Assembly: GCA_963666565.1 (NCBI GenBank)
Contig: OY762911.1
Coordinates: 1,792,001-1,856,000 of the forward strand
DNA from: Thermoanaerobaculia bacterium
GTDB lineage: Bacteria; Acidobacteriota; Thermoanaerobaculia; Multivoradales; Multivoraceae
DNA: 64,000 bases
Direction of reading: 5' to 3'
Shown piece by piece: positions 38,421-48,400 of the stretch (position 1 is the first letter of the stretch; every line of letters begins with the position of its first letter). Position numbers and translations under genes: made by a program. Below the pieces are notes generated by a model. That model was not told the origin of the DNA and made no database searches. It worked only from the letters and a program-made list of their open reading frames with translations.

Positions 38421-39902
38421 ATGCGTTCCTGCCCTCATGCCGGCGGCGCGGAAACCGGACGGGTGCGCCGGGCCACGGAGGCCGAGCGGCGGACCCTGCC
38501 GCTGCCGCCGGGCCCAAGGGGCCGGCGGCTGCGCAACCTGATCGCGAAGTTCAGGGACTACCCCGGGTTCGCGCACGAGTTGCACCGCGAGTACGGCGAG
38601 ATCGCCCTCTATCGCCTGGGGTGGCCTCTCGGCAGGTGCTGCCTCATCTTCGATCCGGCCCTGATGCGGGCCGTGCTCGACATCGAGCCGCGGCCGCTGA
38701 TTCGCCAGCAGATCTCGGTCGACCTGGCGCGAGTCCCTCACGGAGCGGTCTTCGTTCAGTACGGCGAGGCGCACACGGCACGGAAAGCCCTCATGCGAGA
38801 GGCCTTCTCGGAGGATCGAGTGCGCCTCCACGCCGACCACATGGCCGACTGCGTCCGCGCGCGGGTCGACTGCTGGCGGGACGGCCAGCGGATCGACGTC
38901 CTGGACGAGATGCTGCGCCTCTGCCTCGGCTTCGTCGTCGACGTGCTCGTGGGCAAGGACATGGGAGCGGACGCCAGCGTCGCGCTGGAGTTGCGCCGCG
39001 CCCTGAAGACGGAGTGGCTCGTGGAGCAGGTCCCCCTGTTGAGGCGCGTTCGCCGCCTGCCCCTGCCGATCGCCAAGAGAGGGGACAGGGCCTTCGAGAC
39101 GACCGACAAGGTGATCTACGGGGCGATCGAACGTTCGGAGGACCCGTCGTACGAGGGGCACGATCTTGTGTCCCACATCGTCCGGAGGCGCCGCGAGACG
39201 GACGGCGGAGGCCCCTACTCCTCGAACGACGCGATACGGGACGAACTCTGCTACACGCTGAACGCCGCGGGGCCATCGGCGCACCTGTTCGCCTGCGGCA
39301 TCGAACACCTGGCCCGGCGGCCCTCGGCGGCCAGGCGGCTGGCCGCCGAAGCGGACGAGATCCTCGGCGGCAGGCCGGTCCGCGGCGACGACGCCGAACG
39401 CCTTCCCTACGCGACCGCGACGGTCAAGGAGATCCTGCGTCTCCGGACGATCGGCCAGGTCGCCTGGAAGCGGGCCGACGACGATCTCGCGGTCGACGGC
39501 TACCTGATCCCCAGGGGAACGCTGATCCACCCCTGCTTCGCGGTCATCCACCGCAGGGCCGAGTACTGGGAGAACGGCGAGGAGTTCAGGCCCGAACGCT
39601 GGCTCGACGAGTCGGGTCCGGTCCCGACCGTCCTGGACGTGCCGCGGGGCGCCCAACGCGATTCATCGTCCGGCCCGTTTCCATACCATCCCTTCAGCTA
39701 CGGCGCCAGGGAGTGTCCCGGCCGCGGGTTCATCCAACCCCTGGGCGCCCTGTTCCTGGCGGCGGTCGCGCAGCGCTGGGAACTGGAGCGGGTCTCGGAC
39801 GGAGAGATCCCCTTCATCTTCCGTCCCATCGGCGGCCCCATGAGGGTGAAGAAACCGCACTACATGAGGGCGCGGGCCAGGAGCCGGGGCGGAGTCGACT
39901 GA
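38421..39902 (+). CDS. cytochrome P450 with an atypical I-helix
   Basis: LPPGP, KEILR, RPERW and PFSYGARECPG. Start chosen because MRSCPH matches the paralog's MPSCPH; 38403 is an alternative. Confidence 0.9.
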   Translation: MRSCPHAGGAETGRVRRATEAERRTLPLPPGPRGRRLRNLIAKFRDYPGFAHELHREYGEIALYRLGWPLGRCCLIFDPALMRAVLDIEPRPLIRQQISVDLARVPHGAVFVQYGEAHTARKALMREAFSEDRVRLHADHMADCVRARVDCWRDGQRIDVLDEMLRLCLGFVVDVLVGKDMGADASVALELRRALKTEWLVEQVPLLRRVRRLPLPIAKRGDRAFETTDKVIYGAIERSEDPSYEGHDLVSHIVRRRRETDGGGPYSSNDAIRDELCYTLNAAGPSAHLFACGIEHLARRPSAARRLAAEADEILGGRPVRGDDAERLPYATATVKEILRLRTIGQVAWKRADDDLAVDGYLIPRGTLIHPCFAVIHRRAEYWENGEEFRPERWLDESGPVPTVLDVPRGAQRDSSSGPFPYHPFSYGARECPGRGFIQPLGALFLAAVAQRWELERVSDGEIPFIFRPIGGPMRVKKPHYMRARARSRGGVD

Positions 39903-39936
39903 GCCCGCGGCAGCAGTAGAGTCGCTTCCTTCGCCC

Positions 39937-40848
39937 ATGGCCGATCTCGAGGATCTTCTCGTCAAGACGAGCAGGACGTTCGCCCTCTCGATCCCTCAGC
40001 TCAAGGGCCCGATTCGGTGGCAGGTGGCGCTCGGATACCTGCTGCTCCGGATCGCCGACACGTTCGAGGACGCGGCCGTCTGGCGGCGGGAACGGCGCGC
40101 GGAGGCGCTGCTCGCGTTCGCCGACCTGCTCGACGAGCCCCGGGGGACGGTCTCCGACGAACTGGTCGCGTCCTGGCTGGCCGAGCCGCCGACGCGGCAC
40201 GAGGGCTACCTGGAGCTGCTGCGGGCGACGGACGAGGTGCTCGCGGCCTGGGCCGCGCTCGATCCGGCGGCGCGCACGGTCGTCGGCGCGCACGTGCGCC
40301 GGACCTGCGTTGGAATGGCCCACATCGTGCGGCGCGCCGACCGCGAGGGGGAACTCCGGCTTGCCGGCATCCCCGAACTCCGGGACTACTGCTACGTCGT
40401 CGCCGGCATCGTCGGCGAAATGCTGACGGAGCTGTTCCTGCTCGGCGCGCCGCTCGACGCGGTGGCGGAACCGCTCCGCCGGCGCGCCGCGGCGTTCGGC
40501 GAGGCGCTCCAGCTCGTCAACATCCTGAAGGACGCCGCCGACGACGCGGAGGAGGGCCGGAGCTTTCTCTCCGGCGCCCGCGACCGGCAGCTCGCCTTCG
40601 CACTCGCCCGCGCCGACCTGGCGGTGGCGGGCGAGTACGTGGACCATCTCCAGGGGGCGGGCGCGCCGCGGGGCTACCTCGGCTTCACCGGGTTGCCGGT
40701 GCGGCTCGCCTGGGCCACGCTGGACCGGGTCGAGGAACAGGGTCCGGGCGCCAAGCTGACCCGCCCGGAGGTGGCGGAACTCGTTGCCGCGATGCACGCC
40801 GACCTCGACGCCGGCCGCCCGGCCGCGGGCGCGGCCGAGGCGCCGTGA
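39937..40848 (+). CDS. squalene/phytoene synthase family protein
   Basis: KTSRTFALSI, YLLLRIADTFED, YCYVVAGIVG and FGEALQLVNILKD..DD. Confidence 0.9.
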   Translation: MADLEDLLVKTSRTFALSIPQLKGPIRWQVALGYLLLRIADTFEDAAVWRRERRAEALLAFADLLDEPRGTVSDELVASWLAEPPTRHEGYLELLRATDEVLAAWAALDPAARTVVGAHVRRTCVGMAHIVRRADREGELRLAGIPELRDYCYVVAGIVGEMLTELFLLGAPLDAVAEPLRRRAAAFGEALQLVNILKDAADDAEEGRSFLSGARDRQLAFALARADLAVAGEYVDHLQGAGAPRGYLGFTGLPVRLAWATLDRVEEQGPGAKLTRPEVAELVAAMHADLDAGRPAAGAAEAP

Positions 40849-42077
40849 GTAGCGATCCGGCGGAGACGGACCGCCGCGATCCGCTGGCGCGCTTCCGCGA
40901 CCGGTTCGATCTTCCGGAAGGGCTGATCTACCTCGGCGGACACTCCCTCGGCCCCCCGCCGCGCACGCTGCGGGCCCGCGCTGAGAGGCTGATCGGCCGG
41001 GAGTGGGGAACGGACCTGGTCGCGGCCTGGAACCGGAGCGACTGGCTGGAGCTGCCGGAGCGGGTCGGGGCGCGGATCGCCCGGCTGGTCGGCGCCGGCG
41101 TGGACGAGACGATCGCGGCCGACTCCGTCTCGGTCAACCTGTTCAAGCTGCTCGGGGCGTTGATGACGAAGGCGCGGGGCCGCAAGGTCGTGCTCGCCGA
41201 CGAGGGCAACTTTCCGACCGACCTCTACATGGCGCAGGGCCTCGCGCGCCTTCTCGAGGAGGCCGGGGCGACGCTCCGGCTCACGGCGCCGGAGGACCTC
41301 GAACCGGCCCTGGGACCCGACGTGGCCGTGGCGACCGTTTCTCACGTGGACTTTCGCACCGGGCGGCGACGCGACCTGCGGGCGCTGACCGCCGCGGCGC
41401 GCGCGAGCGGCGTGCCGCTGGTCTGGGACCTCAGCCACAGCGCGGGCGCCGTCGGTCTGCGGCTCGGCGAGGACGGCGTCGAGTACGCGGTCGGCTGCGG
41501 TTACAAGTACCTGAACGGCGGTCCGGGCGCGCCAGGCTTCCTCTACGTGGCGCGGGAGCTGCAGGATTCCCTCGAATCGCCCCTCGCGAGTTGGATGGGT
41601 CATGCCAGCCCGTTCGAGTTCGAGACGCGGTACCGGCCGGCGCCGGGAATGCGCCGCTTCCTGAGCGGAACCCCGCCGATCCTCTCTCTGGTCGCCCTGG
41701 AGGATGGCTTGCGGACCTTCGAGGGCGTCGAGATGGAGGAACTGCGGAGCAAGAGCGAGGCGCTGGGCGACCTCTTCCTCCGGCTCGCCGGCGAGCGGCT
41801 GGCCGAGTTCGGCGTCGTCCCGGCGAGTCCCGCGGACGCCCGGGAGCGGGGCAGCCAGGTGTCGCTGCGCCACCCCGAGGCGTACGCGCTGATGCAGGCG
41901 TTGGCGGCTCGCGGCGTGATCGGCGATTCGCGCGGGCCGGACCTGATGCGGTTCGGCTTGGCGCCCCTGTACGTGAGGTACGAGGACATCCGGGGCGCCG
42001 TCGAGGCGCTCCGCCTCGTGTTCGTGAACGGCGAACACCTGGGCGCCCGCTTCCGGGCGCGGAAGCGAGTGCCCTGA
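40845..42077 (+). CDS. kynU: kynureninase
   Basis: DPLARFRDRF, YL.G.SLG, NFPTDLY, WDLSHSAGA, GCGYKYLNGGPG and RGSQVS. GTGA overlap. Confidence 0.92.
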   Translation: MSSDPAETDRRDPLARFRDRFDLPEGLIYLGGHSLGPPPRTLRARAERLIGREWGTDLVAAWNRSDWLELPERVGARIARLVGAGVDETIAADSVSVNLFKLLGALMTKARGRKVVLADEGNFPTDLYMAQGLARLLEEAGATLRLTAPEDLEPALGPDVAVATVSHVDFRTGRRRDLRALTAAARASGVPLVWDLSHSAGAVGLRLGEDGVEYAVGCGYKYLNGGPGAPGFLYVARELQDSLESPLASWMGHASPFEFETRYRPAPGMRRFLSGTPPILSLVALEDGLRTFEGVEMEELRSKSEALGDLFLRLAGERLAEFGVVPASPADARERGSQVSLRHPEAYALMQALAARGVIGDSRGPDLMRFGLAPLYVRYEDIRGAVEALRLVFVNGEHLGARFRARKRVP

Positions 42078-42180
42078 TCCGCCCGGAGCGCTCGCGAACG
42101 GGACATGTGTCGGTGGTCGGGTTGTGGTACGGTGTTCCACACTTGAATCCACCCGAAACCGACCCGAGGAGACCCGATCC

Positions 42181-43593
42181 ATGAAGCAGGCCGTTGCCTT
42201 GCTCTCCATCCTCGCGCTTGCCGCTCCGCTCGCGGCGGCGAACAACAACAACGATGCGCCGGCGGCGACGCCTACCTACTACGGCGAAGTGCAGTCGATC
42301 CTGGAGCAGAACTGCCAGGTCTGCCACCGGCCGAACGGCGCCAACCTGGGCGGCATGGTGGCGCCGATGGCATTCACCAGCTACCAGGAAACGCGGCCCT
42401 GGGCGCGCTCCATCGCCCGCCAGGTGGAGGCCGGCCTGATGCCGCCGTGGCACGCGGCGCCGCGTCATGCGGGCACGTTCGTGAACGAGCGTTCGCTGGC
42501 GGACGAGCACAAGGCGGCCCTGATCGCCTGGGCCAAGGGCGGAGCGCCGATGGGCAACGCCGCCGACGCGCCGCCGGCCAGGGTCTGGGACCGCAGCGAC
42601 GGCTGGACGATCGGCGAGCCGGACCTGGTCATGGACATGGGCGAGGACTTCTTCGTCGAGGACGACGTCCAGGATCAGTACGTGAACTTCGAGACCGTGA
42701 TCACGGAAGAGATGCTGCCGGAGCCGCGCTGGATCAAGGCGGTCGAGTTCCGTCCGGGCGGCCCGGTGGTGCATCACATCATCGCGCGTCCGCTCGGCGG
42801 CATCGCGCCGGGCAACGACCCGACGGTCCACCACGACGGCTTCGGCACCCTGCTCAAGCCGGGCACGACGCTCCGCTGGCAGATGCACTACCACAAGGAG
42901 CCCGGCCCCGGCACCGGCGCCTGGGACCGCTCCTCGGTGGCGGTCCGGTTCTATCCGAAGGACTACCAGCCGGACTACGTGATGCAGAACAAGGCGATGG
43001 GCAAGTTCGACTTCGAGATTCCGCCCGGCGAATCGAACTACGTCGCGAAGACGACGACGAGTTTCGACCGCGACGCGCTGCTGCTCGGATACACGCCGCA
43101 CATGCACCTGCGCGGCAAGTCGGCTCACTACCTGGCGAAGTACCCCGACGGCACGGAAGAGGTTCTGCTCGACGTGCCGCGCTACGACTTCAACTGGCAG
43201 ACCCACTATAAGTACCCGGCGGGCGGCAAGAAGATCCCGGCCGGCACCGAGATCGAGCTGACGATGGCTTGGGACAACTCGGCGGACAACCCGGCGAACC
43301 CGGATCCGACGAAGACCGTCGTCTACGGCGGCCCGACGACCTCCGAGATGATGTTCGGCTTCGTCTCCTACGCCGACGCGGAAGCCGGCTACAACCCCTC
43401 CGACACCGGCTTCCTGGGGCAGCAGCGGTTCAACCTCGATGAGTTCAAGAAGCTCGTCAAGGAGCGTTTCAACGTCGAGTGGGACTCGCTGACCGAGGAG
43501 GAGCAGGGTCAACTGTTCCGCCAGTTCCGCCGGCAGCAGCGCCGGAACGCGGACAGCGACGCCAGCGAGGGGGCGGTCAGCGGCGGCGAGTAG
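42181..43593 (+). CDS. secreted protein with a c-type heme motif and a PHM/DBH-like copper monooxygenase domain
   Basis: Signal peptide; CQVCH, MPPW, VVHH, MHYH, PHMHLRG, YDFNWQ and SEMM. Confidence 0.8.
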   Translation: MKQAVALLSILALAAPLAAANNNNDAPAATPTYYGEVQSILEQNCQVCHRPNGANLGGMVAPMAFTSYQETRPWARSIARQVEAGLMPPWHAAPRHAGTFVNERSLADEHKAALIAWAKGGAPMGNAADAPPARVWDRSDGWTIGEPDLVMDMGEDFFVEDDVQDQYVNFETVITEEMLPEPRWIKAVEFRPGGPVVHHIIARPLGGIAPGNDPTVHHDGFGTLLKPGTTLRWQMHYHKEPGPGTGAWDRSSVAVRFYPKDYQPDYVMQNKAMGKFDFEIPPGESNYVAKTTTSFDRDALLLGYTPHMHLRGKSAHYLAKYPDGTEEVLLDVPRYDFNWQTHYKYPAGGKKIPAGTEIELTMAWDNSADNPANPDPTKTVVYGGPTTSEMMFGFVSYADAEAGYNPSDTGFLGQQRFNLDEFKKLVKERFNVEWDSLTEEEQGQLFRQFRRQQRRNADSDASEGAVSGGE

Positions 43594-43603
43594 CGGCCGC
43601 GCC

Positions 43604-43628
43604 CCGGTGCGCCGGCCTTCCGGCCGGC
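43604..43628 (+). repeat. REP-like palindrome copy
   Basis: CCGGTGC-GCCGGCC-TTCC-GGCCGGC. Confidence 0.65.
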
Positions 43629-43660
43629 TCTCCGGCGAAGTCGCCTTCGCGAAATCGACG

Positions 43661-43692
43661 ACCCCGCCCCGGCTTCGGCCGCGGCGGGGTTT
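43661..43692 (+). terminator. intrinsic terminator-like hairpin between convergent genes
   Basis: ACCCCGCC-C-CGGC TTCG GCCG-C-GGCGGGGT, a cUUCGg loop followed by a short T run. Confidence 0.65.
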
Positions 43693-43697
43693 CGTCG

Positions 43698-45458
43698 TCA
43701 GCGCAACCGGTCCAGCAACCCGGTGGCGCGTGACGTCGTTCGCAGGACGGCAGCGCGGACTGCTTTGTCGTCGGCCATTACGGTCACCCGCTCCCGCGCC
43801 CGGGTCACGGCCGTGTAGAGCAGCTCCCGCGTGTTGACGCGGGAGTCCGCCGGGCCCGGGACGAAGACCACCTCGTCGTACTCGGAGCCTTGAGCCCGGT
43901 GCACGGTCAGGGCGAAGAAGCTCTCGTGTTGCGGCAGGCGGGAGGGCGAGACGAGGAAGCGCTCGCCGTCGCGGTCGAGGTCGGGGAACCAGACGCGGGG
44001 GTGGCCGGAGTCGCCGGGCACGACGACGCCGGTCTCGCCGTTCGTGAGATCGGTCTGCCGGTCGTTGCGGCTGACGATGATCGGACGCCCGACGTAGAAC
44101 TCGTCGTGCTCGGTCCGGCGCCCTGCTTCGGCGAGGTGGCGCTCGACCACTCGGTTGAAGCGGTCGGTGCCGAAGGGGCCTCGCCGATGGCTGCACAGGA
44201 CCCGCCGGGCCGGGAAGGGCCTGGCGTGCCGCGGGTCCGCCGCCAGCTTCGCCATGTGGTCGGACCATTGCCGGGCGCACTTGCGGGCGAACGCGTCGAA
44301 GGCGGCCTCGTCCTCCAGCGGCTCGAGTCGGGTCCGGGCGTCGCCGCCGTCCCGCAGGACACGCACGGCCGCGTCGATATCGCCGACGACCACGGCCGCG
44401 GCGAGCCGGCCGATGCCGGAGCGCTTGTCGAAGCGGTAGTTCTTCGTCAGCGTCGTTACGCAGTCGGCCAGCGATCCCCGGTCGCCCGCCTGGCAGAGAT
44501 CGCTGAAGACGGAACCCGGTTCCACCGATGCCAACTGGTCCGCGTCGCCCAGGAGGATCAGGCGGCAGTGCTTCGGCAATGCGGTTGCCAGGCGGACCGT
44601 CAACTGCAGGTCGGCCATCGAGCACTCGTCGACGACGAGGGCGTCGAGGCGGTCCATCCGGCTGGTGCGGCTTGCCAGCAGGCGGTGAACGGTCCACGCC
44701 TCGGCCGGGAACTCGTGAAGCCCCGGTATCCGGTCCAGGAGGCTCGGGCTCAGCTTCCCCCGGACCGACTCCTGGATGCGCGACGCCGCCTTGCCCGTCG
44801 GCGCGGCGAGGCCGATCCGGCGCGGGTGAGCCAGGCCGGCGTCGATCAGCGCGGCGATCAGCTTGGCGGCGAGCGTCGTCTTGCCGGTGCCGGGGCCGCC
44901 GGTGACGATGCACAGCCTCCGCTCCAGGGCGATGTGCAGGCCGGCGACCGCCTCGGCGGTTCGGTCCTCCCCCTCGTCGAAGACCCGCGCGCTCGTGGAC
45001 TCGATCCGGGTTGGGGGATGCCGGTCCGCCGCCAGGACGCGCAGGCGAGACGCCAGTTCGCGCTCGGCGTGGAACAGGCGGTGCAGGTAGAGGCGGTCGC
45101 GGTCCAGCACGAGGGGCCGGTCGTTCGTCGCGCTAGCGTCCGCGGCGACGACGGGGCTTCGAGCCAGCGCTTCAAGCAGGGCGGCCTTTCCGGGTAGTGC
45201 GACCGCCTGCAGTTCGGCGGCGAGCGTCTCCTCCGGGCGGCCCGAATCGGGTCGCTCCACGAGCGCGGCGATGGGTTTGCCGGCGTTTCCGAGATCGAGG
45301 CAGGCGTGGCCGTTCCGGTGAAGCGCGCTCGTCGTGGCGGCTGCCAGCGCGACGTCGTGGCCGGCGCCGAGGTCCATCGTCAAGCGGGCGAAGTAGCGGT
45401 CGACGTCGGCGAAAACGCCGGCTTCGGTCAGCGCGTCGATCCGGGCGCCGCCGCTCAT
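43698..45458 (-). CDS. recD: exodeoxyribonuclease V alpha subunit
   Basis: TGGPGTGKTT, AAPTGKAA, VVDECSM, GDADQLASVEPG, TVHRAQGSEY and RELLYTAVTRAR. Confidence 0.95.
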   Translation of the reverse strand: MSGGARIDALTEAGVFADVDRYFARLTMDLGAGHDVALAAATTSALHRNGHACLDLGNAGKPIAALVERPDSGRPEETLAAELQAVALPGKAALLEALARSPVVAADASATNDRPLVLDRDRLYLHRLFHAERELASRLRVLAADRHPPTRIESTSARVFDEGEDRTAEAVAGLHIALERRLCIVTGGPGTGKTTLAAKLIAALIDAGLAHPRRIGLAAPTGKAASRIQESVRGKLSPSLLDRIPGLHEFPAEAWTVHRLLASRTSRMDRLDALVVDECSMADLQLTVRLATALPKHCRLILLGDADQLASVEPGSVFSDLCQAGDRGSLADCVTTLTKNYRFDKRSGIGRLAAAVVVGDIDAAVRVLRDGGDARTRLEPLEDEAAFDAFARKCARQWSDHMAKLAADPRHARPFPARRVLCSHRRGPFGTDRFNRVVERHLAEAGRRTEHDEFYVGRPIIVSRNDRQTDLTNGETGVVVPGDSGHPRVWFPDLDRDGERFLVSPSRLPQHESFFALTVHRAQGSEYDEVVFVPGPADSRVNTRELLYTAVTRARERVTVMADDKAVRAAVLRTTSRATGLLDRLR

Positions 45459-48400
45459 GGCGCTTCGTCGAAGCAGGCGTCGATCGCTTCGATGCAGGCG
45501 CGGGACGGACGGTCGCGGAACACGCCGCTACCGGGCGCGTTCGGCCTCATGCCGCGCAGGAACAGGTAGAGGGCACCGCCGATGTGGCGATCGTAGTCGT
45601 AGTCCGGCAGGCGCAGGCGTAGCAGGCGGTGCAGCGCGGTCAGGTACAGGAGGTACTGGAGCTGGTAGCCGTGCTGACTCATCGACCGCGCGATCGCCGC
45701 CTCCGAGTACGAGGCGAGGTCAGGACCGAGCCAGTTCGACTTGTAGTCGATGGCGTACCAGCGGCCGTCGTGCCGGGTCACCAGATCGATGAAGCCGTGC
45801 AGGAAGCCGTCGATCTCGCCGTCGCCCGGGGCGAGCCGGTGTTCGTAGCCGTGCTCTTCGAGGCGGCGCGCGAGCGTCGCGAGCTGGAGCTTGCGGAGCG
45901 GCAGGTGGAACTCCAGTTCGACGATCGGCTGCTTGAGGTCGGAGAGCCGGAAGACGGCGCCGGCCTCGCCGGGAGGCACAAGCGGCGTTTCGAGGCCGTT
46001 CTCGACCAAAGTTCGGACGACCCCCAGCCACTTGCCCTGGAAGCCGTAGCGGATGAGCGCCGCCTCGCACGTGTCCTCGAGGCTCTCCCCGCGGGCGTCG
46101 CCGAGACGCCGTTCGAAGATCTCGTGCAGACAGCGGCCGGATCGCCCGCCGCGCGGGAAGCTGTGGACGGTCGGTCCTTCCTCGGGCGGCGCCGCTCGAA
46201 GCCCCCGGTCTGCCGCTTCCTGGATCGCGGTCGCTTCGTCGCGCTCGGGGAGGTCGACCTCGTCCCGGTCGTGTGCGGGCGCATGGGCCGGTGCGCCGGC
46301 CGACAGGGCGGAGTAGCTGGTTCGCTGGCGGATCGCGCCGAGTTCTCGGCCGAGTTCGCGGGCCGCGAGAGGCTCGCTCCCGCCGGCGCCGCTCCGTGGC
46401 CCGTCCGAAGGCGGCGCCGCCGCGAGGTCCCGGACCGAGACCGCTCCGTCCGCCCGGCCGGCGAAAGCGTGGGCTTCGGCACGCCACTCCGCGTCGCTCA
46501 GTCCCTTCAGCCGGGCGGCCTTCTCGTCCAGCAGCCCGACGGGATCCCCGTCGCCGCCGGTCCGGTCGTGGAGGAGCCAGGCCAGCGGCGCGTGTTCGGC
46601 GCCGCCGTCGGGCGCCCAGGTCACGACGCAGCGGCATTCGGCCCGGGTCAGGGCGACGTAGAGCAGCCGCAGTTCGTCCGCGTGCTCCTCGACCCGTTCG
46701 CGTCCGTAGGCTTCGTCCGACGGGTTCAGATCGAGCACCGGGATCTTGCCGTTTCGGTCGTAGTACTCGGCCGTGGGGTTCCTGTTCCTGCCGGACGGCG
46801 GCGGGCGGCCGTCCCAGGCGAAGGGGTAGAACACGATCGGGTACTCGAGCCCCTTGGCCCGGTGGACGGTGACGATCTTCACCAGCTTCTCGTCGCTCTC
46901 CAGGCGGAGCTGGGCCGTCTCGTCGCTGGCGCGGGACTCCGCCCGCGAACGCCTGAACCAGTCGAGGAGGCCCTGGCGCGAGGGCCTGCGGCGAGTCTCG
47001 GCCTCGTGGAGCAGGTCGGTCAGGTGCAGGTAGTTCGTGAGCCTGCGCGGCCCGTCCGGGTAGCGGAGCAGGTGCTCGGAGCAGTCCGGATCGCCCGCGA
47101 ACAGGATGTGCCGCATCAGCGTGGCGATGCCGCGTTCCTGCCAGATCCCGGTCCAGGCGCCCGCCCGCCCGCGCCAGCGGCCCCAGGCGTCGTCGTCGTC
47201 CCGCAGGCCGGCGAGTTCCCGCATGTCCAGGCCGAACAGGTCGGCCGCGAGCGCGCCGCGGAGCAGGGGCGTGGCGCCGTACTCGGACTCGTCGAGGCAG
47301 AGGGCGCGGAGCAGGCGGTGGAGAGCGTCCGCCTCGGCGGAGTCGAAGACGTTGTCCGTACCCATCTCGACGCTGTCGATCCCGAGATCGCGCAATGCCT
47401 GAGCGACGGCCCGGCCCTGCCTGTTCGTGCGCACGAGAGCTGCGATGTCGCCGCCGGCGACGGGCCGCGGCCCTTCGCTGCCGCCGGTCAGCGTCGCCCG
47501 GCCGTCCTCGCCCAGCGCGACCAGCCGGGCGATCTCGCGGGCGGCCCGCTCCGCCGCCAAGCGGATCAGGTCCGGCTTGGTTCGCCTCGGGCCGGCGTCC
47601 TTCGGAATCAGGACGATCTGGAACGGGGCCGGATCGTCGCCTGCGTCCTGGACGTCGAGTTGCTTCGGCTCGTGGTCCTCGGGCGAGCCGGCGGCCAGGA
47701 AGTCGAACTCCGGCAGCACGAACGGAAGCGGCCGGGAGAACAGCGCGTTGACGGCGCGGATCAGCCCGTCCGTGGAGCGGTAGTTGTGCGCGAGACTCAG
47801 CGACTCGCCGGACGCACTCAGGCGGTCCTGCGCTTCCAGGTAGGCGAAGACGTCGGCGCCCCGGAAGCGGTAGATGGACTGCTTCGGGTCGCCGACGACG
47901 AACAGGCGTCCGTTGGCCGGGTCGGCGCCGCCGGGGTAGATCTTCCGGAAGATCTCCGCCTGCAGGCGATCCGTGTCCTGGAACTCGTCGATCAGGGCGA
48001 CCGGGTAGCGCTGGCGGATGCGCCGGGCGAGTTCGTCGCCGCGCTCGGCGGCGAGAGCGCGGTGCAGCTCGACGAGCAGGGCGTCGAAGCTCAGGCCGCG
48101 CTCCGCCCAGGCGTTATGGTGCAGCGATGCGCGGGCGTCCCGGAGGAGGTCGCGGCGTTGCCCGGCGAGCCAGAGTTCGCCGTACTCTTCGCCGGCTTCG
48201 CCCAGGCGCTGGAGCGCGTCGAACAACGGCGCCGGCGGCGGCGGGTTCTGCTTGTAGAGCCTGGAGGCCAGCTTCTTGCGGCCGAAGAAGCCGGCGTAGT
48301 CCGGGGCCAGTTCCTCCAGGGCGCCGGTATCGAACGCGTCGACGACGGTCTCGATGCGCTGGCCGTCCCGCTTCTTGCTGAGCCAGCGGTACTCGTGGGC

